From: Camelus ferus
Lineage: Eukaryota
Direction of reading: 5' to 3'
DNA length: 64,000 bases
Assembly (NCBI RefSeq): GCF_009834535.1
Contig: NC_045696.1
Location: forward strand, 6,572,001-6,636,000
The notes below the pieces were generated by a model. It was given only the letters and a program-made list of their open reading frames with translations. It was not told the DNA's origin and did not search any database. The translations under genes and the position numbers were made by a program. Of this stretch, positions 11,901 through 24,930 are shown piece by piece; the stretch's first letter is position 1, and each line of letters starts with the position of its first letter.

Positions 11901-13260
11901 CAAAACTTTAGGTTTGCCTGTATTTTTGTAAATGGGCACAAGGCGCCAGTGCAAGTGATAAAGGACATCACGTGAGTCTGGAACAGGAGGCTGAGCAGAG
12001 CCAGACCCACCGTCACTGCCCTCAGTGGACCACACAAAGCGTCCCAACCTGACCTGGTGATAATGCAGAAAGGGGAGGGAGCTGGCAGCAGCCTCCTGCT
12101 GGTGTGGCCTTTCCATGTCAGCGCTGGGAGGAAACAACACAGTACTTACTTTTTAAAGAAATGAATGAATTAAAAGTTTATGGTCAAAAGGAAATAACAA
12201 TAAGATTGCAGAGCTGAAATATTAGCACAGTCTAAATCATCTGTCTTTAGAAAAACGACTTGCGTATTCTAGAGAAAACCATGTCTGATTGGAGGTCATT
12301 GAAGATGTCAAAACAGATCAAAAGTGTGTTTTATCTTCATGTTTCTCTTTGTTGTCCGTTAAAGTTAAAAATTAACTTTCAGAAAGCTTCACCATCCGAT
12401 AGACACTGATGGCTTTAAGGAGTTTTTTAAGACAGTTCTAAGAACTCAACACCTTAGTATTTTTGGTGGTCCAATTTCAGACAAAATGCTAAACACGTGT
12501 ATTGTTGACAGAGTAAAAGTGCAGCCACAGGAAATAAGGACAAGCTGGCCTCACTAGGCTCCCATCTCAGCACCCCCTGGGGTGGCAATGGGGGTGTCTA
12601 CACCTTTTTTTCTGGGGGAAGTAAAGCTCAGATTCTAACTCAGCTTTTTGAGCAAAAAGAAGAGTTTACGTCAAAACCTGAAGCAGTGTGTTTGAAAGAT
12701 TTTCCAACAAACAGAGGTAAAAAGAAAAGGGAAGAAATGTCTTACATGCTTTAAGAAAGGCTCCAAAGACGAGTTTCTGTGTCCAAAAACCTATTAAAAC
12801 TGTTCATGAACTATACTGATTTCTCTCAAAAGTTAAGACCTCAGCTGAAATCCTAGCATTTCCTGATTTTGGCAGGAAGCCACCTCTGTGGGTGTCTGGA
12901 CATCAGGCGCTGTTTGAGCACGGAGAAGGTGATCTGGCAGCACACCGAACCCGTCTGACGGGTGTGGCCTCTACCTGGATGGCTTACTCATGAGTCAGAA
13001 AGCACCTCTGTTGCCAGGCTTGCGTTTCATTTTGTTTTAGCCTTGTCTGACTCAGGATGCTGAACAAGCTTTAAAATTCAGAAATACAACATGTTGTAAA
13101 AAGCAAGTACTCATTTTTCAGATTCTCAAAATAGCAGATGTCTTCATGCGTACACTTACATTTATTGGAGGGTTTACGCAGGTAGAAAGGAGCCCTGTAG
13201 CAGCGCCAACGCCAGCACTCACACGGGGTCTTTACAGACAGAGGGACACCAGACACTGAG

Positions 13261-13490
13261 GAGGTTGTGAGAGTTTCAGGGCCTCATTGTTCTGTTCAGA
13301 AAGGGCTCCCAGTTGTGAAGCTGCCTTTAATAAACTGGGGAGGATCTTTGGACCCAGCCTTGGTCAGTCCTTCAAGAGGTTGTGAGAGTTTCAGGGCCTC
13401 ATTGTTCTGTTCAGAAAGGGCTCCCAGTTGTGAAGCTGCCTTTAATAAACTGGGGAGGATCTTTGGACCCAGCCTTGGTCAGTCCTTCAA
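13261..13490 (+). repeat. Perfect tandem duplication, 2 x 115 bp
   Basis: 13261-13375 is identical to 13376-13490 (gaggttgtgagagtttcagg...cagtccttcaa). Confidence 0.95.
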
Positions 13491-13559
13491 ACAGATCACC
13501 AAGTCAGTCCCTTAACTGTCATTGTTACGTCCTGCTAGAAAAAGGTTGTTTCATCTGAG

Positions 13560-16125
13560 TGTTTCTGTTTGGTCTACAAGGAACCCAGGGCTGCAGTAAC
13601 TAATCACATTACTATATTGCGTAGAACTTTTATTCAAAGTATAACTTATATTTATATATAAATGTATAAATATAAAAATATAAAAATGTAATATATCTGA
13701 CAATAGCAGCATAAAGGAGGTTGGAGGGAACACAGATGTGTTGGAGTAAAAAGATGACACCAGATGATAACTTGAATCTACAGGAACAAAGAAACCAGGA
13801 GTGAAAAATAAGAAGAGTCATATAAGCAAGTCTTTTTTTTTAATGTATAGGGTGGTTGATTTACAATGTTGTGTTAGTTTCTTGTGTACAGCATATTGAT
13901 GTACATATATATATATATATATAAAATACATATATATGATCCCTTTCATATTCTTTATCATTATAAGTTATTAGAAGATACTCAATATAGTTCCCTATGC
14001 TAAACATTAGGACCTTGTTGCTTATTATAAACAAGCCTTTAGATACACATTTTCTCTCCTTTCTTATCTCAGCTTCTTTAAATGATATAAAATTATATAA
14101 AGTAATAATTATAGCAATGTATTGTTGAGTTTACATATCTATATCTGTATCTGTATCTCGAGAGAGAGTGAGAGAGAAAGAACATGTATAGCAATATCGC
14201 AGAAAAGGGAGGAGGAGGGCACGGAGCTATGAAAGAGTGAAGTTTCTACATCCCCTTGGTACTAAGTTAGCACAAGTCTGAAGTCAGTTCTGATAGATGA
14301 AGACGCATACTGTGGGCCCTAGAAAATAACTCACTGTAAGCCACTAAGGAAGTAATTCAAAAATACAGTCAAAAATTATTAAAGGAATTAAAATACTGCA
14401 CTTTAAATATTCATTTAATGCAAAGGAAAGTAGTAAAGGAGAACAGAAGAACAAAATGTGACATGACATAGATAGAAAGCAAAAAGCAACATGGAAGATG
14501 CAAATCCAACCATATCAATAACAGTGTGAAGCATGAATAGATTAAGCAGTCCATTGTCAGACTGGATAAGAAAATATGATTCAACTATATGCTGTCCACA
14601 TGACATAAACTTTAGATTCAAAGACACAAACAGGTTGAAAATAAGAGAATGGAAATAGATATGCCATGCAAATAGCAATCATAAGAGAGCTACCACTATC
14701 AGGTAAGATAAACTTTAAAGCCAAAGAAATGATACTAGAGATAAACTGGACATTTTATAATGATAAAAGGGTCAATCTATAAGAAAAAATAATAATTATA
14801 AACATATTTGCATCTAGCAGCAGTGCCCTAAAATACACAAAGCAAAAACTGAAAGAATTAAAGGAAGAAATAGATAATTCAACAATAAGAGTTGAGGATT
14901 TCTATATCCCACTCTCAACAACGTGTAAAACTACTAGGGAAAAAATCAAGCGAATATAAGATTAAACAACACTGTACGCAAACAAGAGCTAACGAATATT
15001 TATAGATGACTGCACCCAGCAACAGCAGAATATGCATTCTTCCCAGTGCACTTGAGCGTTCTCCCAGCGAGACCCCACGCTAGTCCATAAAACAAGCCTC
15101 GCTAAACTGAAGAGGCTTGTAATCATGCAAAGCATGTTCTCTGAACCACAACAGAACGAGATTGGAAATCCATAATAAAAGAAAATTTTCCAAAAATTTT
15201 TGGAAATTAAAAATATGAGGGAGTTAAACAACACACTCCAAAAACCAATGAATCAAAGAAGAAATTACAAGGAAAATTAGAAAATACTTTGAGGTGAATG
15301 AAAACAAAACAGAACACACCGACATGTATAGGATACAGGTGAAGCAGTGCTTGTAAGGAAGTGTATGGCCATAACATCTACACTGAAAAAGATGGAAGAC
15401 CTCAAATCAACAGCCCAAACTTCCACCTAATACAATGGAAAAATAGAGCTAAACTTAGCATAGGAAGTAAATTTTTGAAGATAGGGCAAAAATTAGTAAA
15501 ATTGAGATTATAAAAAACATGTAAAATTAGTTAAACCAAAAGCTGGCTCCTCGAAAAGATCAACAAAACTGACAAAATTTTGGCTAGACTGATAGGAAGG
15601 AAAGAGAGAATATTCAAATTATTAAAATTAAGAGTGAAAGAGTGGCCATTATCACCAACCTCACAGAAATAAAAGTCATAAGGCAAGAACCTGAATATCG
15701 ATGGTGCAGATGGCATGGACAAGTACTCAGAAAGACACGGCCACTACGAGCGATCAGGAAGAAACAAAACTGAATAGATCTACAACAAATAAGAAGACTG
15801 AATTACTAAAGGAAAAAAGAGAGACGCGCAGGCCAGATAACTTCCCTAGCGCATCTACCAAACATTTAAACAAAAACGAGTACCAACTATTCAAAAGCCA
15901 CCTGAAAGACAGAAAAGGAGGGAACAATTCCCAACTCATTCTATGGGGTGGGGAGTGGGGGGAAGGGTGGGGAGACTATGACTGAAGGGCGTGGCGTCTC
16001 TTTGGGGGGCAATGAAGTTGCCAAGTTGACTGTGATTACAATTCTACAAACACGAAACACCACTGAATTGTATACTCCAAATGTGTGAATTATATCTCAG
16101 TAGAGGTGTTAAAAACTTAACAGAT
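13560..16125 (+). mobile_element. Old L1M element: inter-ORF region, ORF2 endonuclease region, internal deletion, 3' UTR remnant
   Basis: Decayed ORF2 EN-type sequence (ttcaactatatgctgtccac...tttagattcaaagacacaaacaggttgaaaataagagaatggaa; aaagggtcaatctat; gaattaaaggaagaaatagataattcaacaataa). It jumps at ~15945 to an L1 3' UTR. Confidence 0.85.
13833..14025 (-). mobile_element. Younger L1 3' end inserted in the old L1M, containing a (TA)n stretch
   Basis: Poly(T), then tgatttacaatgttgtgttagtttc...actcaatatagttccctatgc. TSD-like tataagcaagtcttt / tataaacaagccttt. Confidence 0.85.
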
Positions 16126-16184
16126 TTATAAATCAGTCATGGGGCTGAGGTTTTGGTCTCTTTAGTAAGATCATTTAATATTGT

Positions 16185-16435
16185 AGCATTTATTATTGTT
16201 GTCCCTTTTGATATTTTGGGCCAAATCATTTGTTGCTGTTGCATATGTGTGTGTGTGGCAGTCGCGGGGGGTAGGGCTCTCTGTCCTGTGCGTTGCACAA
16301 TGTTTAGCTGCATCCTTGGCCTCCAGTTCCTAGATGCTAGAGCTCCCCTTCCCCCAGTTATAACCACCAAAACTGTCTCTGGACATTGACATGTGTCCCT
16401 TGGGGGGCAAAACAGCTCCTGGTTAAGAACCACTG
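16185..16435 (+). mobile_element. MER20 (hAT-Charlie)
   Basis: gatattttgggcc...ctgtcctgtgcgttgcacaatgtttagctgcatcc...ggggggcaaaacagctcctggttaagaaccactg. Confidence 0.9.
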
Positions 16436-19339
16436 TATAAAGTATTGAATAGCAGTAATTCTGCTATTGACTAAGACTTCACCTTTCAATGCTTTATATT
16501 TCTAGAGGCTTAAACACTTGCCCCTGATTATTCACAATCAAACTAAAGAAAAGATTGTGTTTGTTACTTTCAGCTTATATCCTGGAGCTCAAAGGGAACC
16601 CAGTTAGGAAAGTGGTCTGGGTGCAATGATAACTTTCCACGGATTAGGACTGGCACCGTGTCTCTATTTAACTACCATACTTTGTATTGCAAATTGAGTC
16701 AGTGTCCAATAAAATACTAAGTTTTCCTGCCACACATTTCGTAGAGAGTCCTCCTAAATAAGAAAATATTTGAGGAAGTAAAAATGCCTTTATCTTTTAC
16801 CAATATTGAATTAGTAATTGAAGGAATACTATTCATACTTACGCAAACAAAGTAAGGGGGGAGGGAAGCAGGATTCTCTGAGGGTTTAAATAAAAATATT
16901 TCACTTGAATTCTTTTTGGTAACTTAGCCATCGAACTTCTCAGTCTGTATTCAAGGACTTCAACACTAACTCCAGTGATTGATTGGAAAACACAGAAGTT
17001 GATTTCCAAGTCAAGCAAGAAGGCCTGTGATTTATTCTACTGCTATTTAACACAAAAACTAAAAGGAAATGAATGAGAAAAGTTAACTATTTTGAAACCC
17101 CAGGGGAAAGCAGAATCAGAACTGTGAGTCCTAGGGAAAAAAATGAGAAAAATGTGACAAATGTGACAAGAGAGCATTAAATCAGTCATTCATACAAGGA
17201 AACGCATCACTTTCTCTCCCAAAGAATTCAGGCAGTCTGCAAACAAACAATGAGGAAAGCCACCATCCAACGTAACGGGAAAACATCTCGGTTCGACACG
17301 CACTCACAAACACATTACTTACCACTGAACAGTCATACTCACTGTCATACACTCACTTAGCATTGTGAACACTGAAGCCTCACACTGACCAGCTTCCCCT
17401 CCATGGCAGAACAGTCTTTCCATGACTGCACTTCCATCTGATGATAGGTGCCTCTTTGTCCTGCAAAACACACACAGAGGGCAACGGGATGGGGTTGGGG
17501 GGGAGGCGGTCTGGGCTGAGGATTTGCACTCTGCGCTTTCCACATTGCCCCAGATCAGCCAGAAGCATAGCTGGTGCTTCTCAGTGTGTGTGTTTCATGG
17601 TGGTTTCTTGCCTCACCCAATGTTCACTTCTGTTTTCCAGGCTACGCAATTCTAAGAGTAAGACACCATCAAAATCATCTTTCTGTCCTTCCCTCTACAT
17701 CCACATCCTGATCTGAATGTTTCGCATCCCCCTTTCCCTCTTCTTGTGACCCAGTCCCACCCTGGGCTTTTTCATCTTGAAGTTCTGCCCTGTCTCTCAT
17801 GCTGAGCCTCCAGCCGCAAAAGCCCGGGTGACCTTAGCCATGTGTGAAGGAGGTCGGGGGGCCTCGCACCACCGAGCTGTCTGCTGTGAGAAGACGTTCT
17901 GGACCATCTTTGCTTTAATACTTACCACTCAGATGGGCTTGTGCTTTGTTGCTCTGGGAAATCCTGGACTCCAGTGTTGAGGGACAGAAAAGGTAAGGAA
18001 GGCCACCCCAGAGGGTACATGTGGGTGCAGGTTGTGTGTTTGCATCTCTGCTGCTACATGTGGAGCCCAAGGTGGAGTGAGAGCTTCGGTTCATCTAAAT
18101 TAAGGTCCCAAGGCTGTGGATTTGAAAGCCGGCTCTTCTCCAGTAGACTTCCTTGTCTCGCGAGGGATTTCTTCTATGTCTTCGGAGTTGACAAGAATCA
18201 GACAAACCTTTTTCTTACCACAACCTGATGCACTAGGCCGTCCAAGGTCTGGATTTTCTCCCCATCAGCATTGAGATTGCCAGTTCAGAAGGACCTGGAG
18301 CTCCTTTTTTGAAGAAGAAAGTCTACGCTGGGGCAAAACTGACTGAGCATGGTTTATTTTTTGTTTGTTTTGTATTTGGGGGGGGAGGGGTGCAGGGGTG
18401 TCATTTTAAATCAACCTAGGTAAGCAAAAGAAATGATGTTTTACCATCAAAGAACCACTTGGTGAGAATGTTCCATAAATGTAGACTCTCCCCCTCTTTA
18501 GATATTTTTCTCCTTTTGTCCTCTTGCCCTGCTGTTGGGAGAATCACTTTCTCTTTTTTCTTTTTCCTTTTTTTTCTCCTTTTGAAGGTGTTGAATGAAG
18601 TTAATTTAAAAAATAGACTAGCGTTGTCATAAAATATTTTCCTGTGTCGTCTCAGACAGATTGATGTACATTAGCTTCCCCGACTGTCTTAAATGTCACA
18701 CAACTCTAGCCCCTCCAGGCAAAACTCTCCTTTAAATGATAAGTGGTTCTTACGTCTTATTTCTATTCTGAAGGAGCACTCAGACCCTTCCTTGGAGCCT
18801 GGCTACATTTGCTCCACCTGCTGGGTGCTGATGGAACTGTATTTGCTGCTGCAAGCCACAGTACCATCTTTCTGCCCCCAAGGCTTCCAAAGAATTAGAG
18901 GTCTCAGCATTGGTGGACAATTTAAGAAACATAAATATGTAATTCATCATTTAGGACAACAAGACCGACACCTGAGATGCTAATTTTATTTTTGGAAGTA
19001 TTTGTAAGGGAATATGTTCCGTGTTTTAACTCTCCAGCTCTTATTATACTGAATCTAAGGAAACATTCTCTGAGATCAGACTGAATAAAAGCCTAAGTCA
19101 GGTTGTAAACATTGGTCTTCAAATGTCAGTGTCTGTGGCCAGCACTGCGGCAGACTACACAACCTTGACAGTTTCATGCCACAAATATTTAGAAATAATG
19201 CATAACATTTAAAAGAAAAATTCACTGCTGAGTTTTCAATAGAGTTACCAGAAACCTGCAACCTGATGCTACAGCGGCTGGGAGTGGAGTGGATTTTGGT
19301 TTTATAAACATAGGACCCTACATTTTCAATGCCCACACA

Positions 19340-22200
19340 GGGGCAGGAATTGAGGTCTTGGAGCCAGACAAAGCAAGAGTGGGAGTGCAGAGTGCCACAT
19401 TAGGACAGGATAGTAACAGCTGGACAGAAAACTGTCTACCCATTAGTTCAGCTACAGCAAGGAAGCCCATCTCTCTGCCTGGACTTGGGTGTGAATGTAG
19501 GGTCTCCTTAGGAACCCAGTAGAAGACCCCTTTGCCAGTCACTGAGTTAGGGTTCAAATTTGCACTCCCCACTTGGTCTAGGAATTTTCTAGCTAAGAAT
19601 TTAGCATAAAAATTGTTCCAGACCAATGAGTCTCTTTGGACTCTTAGCAGCGCAAGGAATAAAAACCTCTCTTGAGAAACACTCTGATAACACAGGCCAT
19701 CTGGAGAAAAAGCAAACCAGCTTGAAGGTTAATTCCCTTCTTAAAAAAGAAATACACACACACTACATTCCACATGGGGGTAAACAGGCAAAAAAAAAAA
19801 ACAAAAAAAAAAAACCAGAATTAGAGCTTCAGCACCTGACATATACGAAGACAATCTAACAGAGAATATAAAATAAATGTATTAAAAATGATTAAAGGCA
19901 AAGGTTAAAAAGAGACAGTAGTGAAAAAGAATAAACAGATTGAAAAGAATAACCTATGTCTTTGAGAAATAAAACACAGTCATTGAAATTAAAAGCTCAG
20001 TTGTTAGGCTAAGTAACAAGAGAGATATGGCTGAGGAGAAGATTGATAAACTGAAGGGTAGAAGTGAGAAAATTACTAAGAATGCAGCATGGAGAGGAAA
20101 GGAGATGGAAAATATGCAAGAGTAAATAACTTTAACATATTTCTTATAGATGCTTCAGAAATAAAATAGGAAAAATGAGGAAGAGACAACACACGAGGAG
20201 ATAATTACTAAGAATTTGTCAGAGCTGTTCAAAGACAGGCTACTCAGATTTAAGAAGTATACTGAGTCCTGAGCAGGAAGATATAAATTTAAATCCACGT
20301 CTGGACACATTATAGCAAACCCACAGAATATTAAAACAAAGATGACATACGAAAAATCACCAGAGGGAAAAGCAGACCAAGTACAAGGGAACAGCAACCC
20401 GTGCAAAGCAGAGTTCTCAAAAGCAATAAATAGAGATCAGAAGATAGTGAAATAATATAAAGTGCTGAAGGAAAAACACTAATATAGAATTTTATATACA
20501 ACTGAGGTATTGTTCAGGAGTAAGGATGAAATAACAACATTTTTATTTAGACAAAACCATTTGAATAAGAATCACAAACTTTACTGAATACACATATAAC
20601 TCCAAGTCATTAAGGGACCATTAAAAAAGTTGCAACTAAATATAAAACACAGAAATGACATTCTATTAAATTAATAGAGGACAATAGCATAGAAGGTGAG
20701 AGGGGGTGATTGGACTTCAAGCAAACTCGTATGTTTGTATAGTTTCTGAGACTGGGTGAGATTTCCTCGATAACATGACACTCAGGTAAAGCATGTATGC
20801 TGAATATTAAGTATCACCAGTTAAAGACCAGAGTGCTCTATATAACTTACAAAAGACTGGAAAAGGGGGAACTTAAAAAACTTAATTTCTAAAAGGAAAG
20901 AAAAAGAGAGGAGAAGAAAAGAAGCAAAAATATATAGTATGTGTAAACTCAGAATGATATGGTACAAATTAATTTTCTTAGTGACTAATTACAATGGACT
21001 GTGTTTATTAATTAAAAGACTGGGAATTTCAGATTGGATTTTTAAAAATCCAACTATATGTTGTTTAAATTTTTTAAAAGGAAACAAAAACAGAAGAAAA
21101 CTGATATCAATATTACTAGTGTCAGAAAAAAATTGGCTTTAAGGTAAAAAAAAAAAAGAGATAAAAGTAGTCACCACATCATGAAAGAGCAATAATTCAA
21201 TAAAAATATATAAAAATTCAGAAGTTCTGTGTTTCTAACTGTGCAGCCTAAAAATAAAGTGCAGTAAAAGTAAGAAAATGATCAGGTTAAACTTTTAAAT
21301 CTACAATAAGAATTGAAAAATTTAGCACATCTATCTCGGAAAAACAGATCAGTTAGAAAAAATTATTAGGTGTGTAGAACTTTTAAGTGAGAAAATTGAC
21401 AATCTTGATCCAGTGAACATTTATGGAACCCCTGTCTCATCATTAGAGGACATACGTTGTTTTATGCACCCATGGAACACACAAAAATTGACCTCTTTTT
21501 GGGGGCGGGTGGAGATAATTAGGTTCATTTATTTAATTATTTATTTTAATGGCGGTACTGGGGATTGAACCTCGGACCTCCTGCATGCTAAGCATGCGTT
21601 CTACTTCTGAGCTATACCCTCCTCGCCAAAACTACCTCTTAATAAGCCTCAAAGCAAATCTTTAAAGTATCAAAGTACTTACATCATGAGGCAAATGTTC
21701 TTTTGGCACAGTATTTTAAAAAATAGGAAATAACAATGTAAAGTTAATTAAAAACGTGTTTTAAAGCATTTTGAAAGTTTAAAAACACACTTCTAATAAA
21801 CATGGGTCATAGAACAGGTCAAAATGGGAGACTGTTAGAAATAAATAAAAATAAAAATGTCATACCCACACATGTAGCAGTATTTAAGATGAAATACATA
21901 GACCTGAATAGGAATATATATCACACTCATTAGGGAAAAAAAAAAGCAAAGTCAAAATTAATGAGCTAAGCAATCAGTGTAGAAAGTTATGGAAAGATCA
22001 GACCTAATTGTAAAGACATTAGTACAGGGAAACAATAAAAGCCCCACAGAATACAGTGATAATTGAAGAAAGGATAATCAATGTCACCTGAGTTAAAAGA
22101 ATATTTTTAACACCCAAAAAATTTATCAAGAAACCAAGGGAGAGACATTATATCAGAATAAAAGATAGTCATGTAAATTGAATAAACATCTCTTTATGAA
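19340..22200 (+). mobile_element. Ancient L1ME/L1M5-type element (5' region, ORF1, start of ORF2), highly decayed
   Basis: A-rich sense strand with L1 ORF1/ORF2 remnants (aaatccacgtctggacacattatagcaaac; cagattggatttttaaaaatccaactatatgttgtt). Boundaries approximate. Confidence 0.7.
21496..21627 (-). mobile_element. tRNA-Ala-derived camelid-type SINE
   Basis: Reverse complement gives gaggagggtatagctcagaagtagaacgcatgcttagcatgcaggaggtccgaggttcaatccccagtaccgcc. TSD-like aaaattgacctctt / aaaactacctctt. Confidence 0.9.
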
Positions 22201-22725
22201 AAACTTGTTACATTTTTCTTATGATTTACAGTTTTCCCTTGACTCTTGGAAATTTCTTTATACTAGACTGGGGCCTCAATTTTTGAGCCGTTTGTTGGAA
22301 ATGACTGCGTTATGCCCTGAAGTCTCCTATTTTGATTGAGTATGCTCAGCATACTTCTAAAAACCAAGAGGTTTTTATATAAAATAACATTTTTATAAGA
22401 TGCACACAAATGAATTAGAAATTGCGTTTTATTTTCTTTGAAGTACCCCTGAGTTTAAAAATTAATGAGAAAAAAATGTTTATCTCAACACACTGAGGGT
22501 TTGGAAAGAACTTTGATGTGTTCGGTGACCCCTCGTGGGGGGCACATCTAGAATTTAGACTCCGCTCTCTTCTCTGACAACAAATTGATGTGTGCTCCAA
22601 GCTGCATGTCAAAGAATTTCCCTTCTTTTAGGATTTTTCTTTCACAGTTGAAGCAACCACAAAAGCTAAATGGTATCTTGTTCTTCAAGCGTTTTACAGT
22701 CAATTTTTCTTTCTGGCTACTATTC

Positions 22726-22886
22726 TTTTTTTTTTTAATTGACATATAGTTGATTTACAATGTTGCATTAGTTTCTGGTGTATAGCATAGTGATTCAGTT
22801 ACACATTTATATATATATATTCCTTTTCGTATGCTTTTCCATTATAGGTTACTACCAGATATTGAATATGGTTCCCTGTGCTAGAC
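22726..22886 (-). mobile_element. 5'-truncated L1 3' end
   Basis: Poly(T), then aattgacatatagttgatttacaatgttgc...ataggttactaccagatattgaatatggttccctgtgct. Confidence 0.9.
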
Positions 22887-23084
22887 ACATTCCCTTTGCA
22901 GTATTATCAATAGTTTTATTAGAAAATAAACTCACACTGCCTAGTATGGTAAGACAAGTATTTACAGTGCCGCGTATTGTAAATTAGTAAGTGAAAGATA
23001 TGCACAAAATCTTCAACTCAAATTCTGCTCATGTGGAATCCTTGAGACCCACAGGTCAGTTGAAAGAGGCGACCTGTGTTGGTT

Positions 23085-23385
23085 GAAAGAATGATTTGTG
23101 TTCTTTAGACTCGTTCTGTTTCTTACGAGCTAATGAATTACTCCGCAAGTGACTATCCTCGTCTGTAAAAGCAAGATAATGGTGACACTTCTCCTAGGGA
23201 ATTGTTGTAGGTGAAATCATGGACATTGTTGCTGTATTTATAGGAATATCATATACAAGGTGCTATGCTATGCAGTTACAAACTCATTAACACACCCTCT
23301 AAACACCCACTTTGAATGGGTACCATTATTATTATTATCCCCATTTTACAGGTGAAGAAACTGAGGGCTAGAGAAGTTAAACTAG
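23085..23385. mobile_element. MIR fragments in both orientations
   Basis: ctcgtctgtaaaagcaagataatgg (sense core) and attatccccattttacaggtgaagaaactgaggg (antisense core). Confidence 0.65.
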
Positions 23386-23549
23386 AGGTCGGCTTCTAGG
23401 GGCCAGGCCTGGAGCTGCCTGCATCACTTCTACACACATCTCCTGGGCCAGGGCTCAGAAATACGGCCTTACTTAACTACAAAAAAGCCTGGGAAATGCA
23501 GTCTACCAAGAAAGGGAAGTGGGTTTAGTGTGCATATGGCCAGTCTCTG

Positions 23550-24015
23550 CTAAAGTATAATTCTGCAACTTGCTTTTTTCACTCAATATTACGTATTTAA
23601 AATTTTATCCATGTTGGTACGTGCAGACTGAGTTCATTCATTTCACTTCTGTGTAGTATTCCATTGCGTGGTGTGACCGCAATTTTTTAATGCATTCTAC
23701 TGTTGATAGGTCTCTAGATTGTTTCCAGTTTAGGGTGATTGCAAACAATGCTGCAACGAACACAATGGAGTTGGTCCCCGTGGATTTACAGAAAGTGTCT
23801 ATATTGCATTTACCAAGAAGGAGAATGGCCAGGCCCTGTGGTCCACTGACCTGCAACTTAACCAGGCATTGTCAGGTTGCTCTCCAATGCACCTGAGACA
23901 ATTGACATACGCAGCAGAAGGAGTTAGGACTACTTTCCCACGTGCTTCTTACATGTTTTAAATTTTGTCCATCTTATGGGTATAAGGAAACATCTCATTA
24001 TCATTTCAATTGTTT
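23550..24015 (-). mobile_element. Old L1M ORF2 C-terminal/3' fragment
   Basis: cttgcttttttcactcaatatt...tgtagtattccattg...gattgtttccagttt...aacaatgctgcaacgaaca. Confidence 0.75.
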
Positions 24016-24039
24016 CATTAAATTTTGAAAAGATTGACT

Positions 24040-24930
24040 TGCATCCAGACTCTACAAAGAACTCTTCCAACTCAACACTGGAAAGATAAATAAACAATTG
24101 AAAAACTGAGAATGAATTTGGATAGATATTTCTCCCCAGAAGACACACAAATGGCCAATCAGCACATGAAAACACACACAGCTTCACTAGTTACCAGGGA
24201 AATCAAATGGATAACACGGTGAGATGCTGCTTCACTCCCTTTAGGAGGCCTGTCATCCAGGCCAGGCCATAATGAGTGTTGGTGAGGATCTGGAGAAACT
24301 GCAACCCTTGTACATTGCCAGTGTGACTGTAAAGCGATGAAGCTCTTTTGGAAAGCAGCTTTGCACTTTCTCAAATGTTAAACATGGAGTTACCACACAA
24401 TCCACCATTTCCAATTCTGGGTAGATGCTCAAGAGAAATGAAAATATATATTCACACAAAACCTCATACGTGAATGCTCACAGTANNNNNNNNNNNNNNN
24501 NNNNNNNNNNNNNNNNNNNNNNNNNNNNNNNNNNNNNNNNNNNNNNNNNNNNNNNNNNNNNNNNNNNNNNNNNNNNNNNNNNNNNNNNNNNNNNNNNNNN
24601 NNNNNNNNNNNNNNNNNGCTAAAATATGGATGAACTCTGAAAACTCCATGCTAAATGAAAGAAGCCAGTCATGAAATGCTCAATGTTGCATGATTCCATT
24701 TGTATGAAATGTCCAGAATAGGCACGTACATAGAAACAGAAAGGAGATTAGTGTTTTCTAGGGGATGAAGGCCGGAGGAATAGGGAGTGAGTGCTAATGG
24801 ATACAGAGTTTTGGGGAGAGTGATGAAAATGTTCTGAAACTAAATAGTGGTGATGGCTGCACAACTCTGTCAATATGCTAAAAACCACTGAAGTTTATGC
24901 TTTAAAAGGGTGACTATTATGGCAAGTCAG
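24040..24930 (+). mobile_element. Old L1MB-type ORF2 C-terminus and 3' UTR, spanning an assembly gap
   Basis: agatatttctccccagaagacacacaaatggccaatcagcacatgaaaa...gaaagaagccagtca...atgattccatttgtatgaaatgtccagaataggc. Confidence 0.8.
24486..24617. other. Assembly gap (132 N)
   Basis: N run inside an L1. Confidence 0.99.

Noticed and set aside
24425-24674. ORFs containing X runs (also 31638-32069)
   Set aside because: Artifacts of translating through N gaps.
23550-24930. Head-to-head L1 pieces as a twin-priming 5' inversion
   Set aside because: Both pieces cover overlapping parts of the L1 3' region and look like different old subfamilies, so they are two independent insertions.
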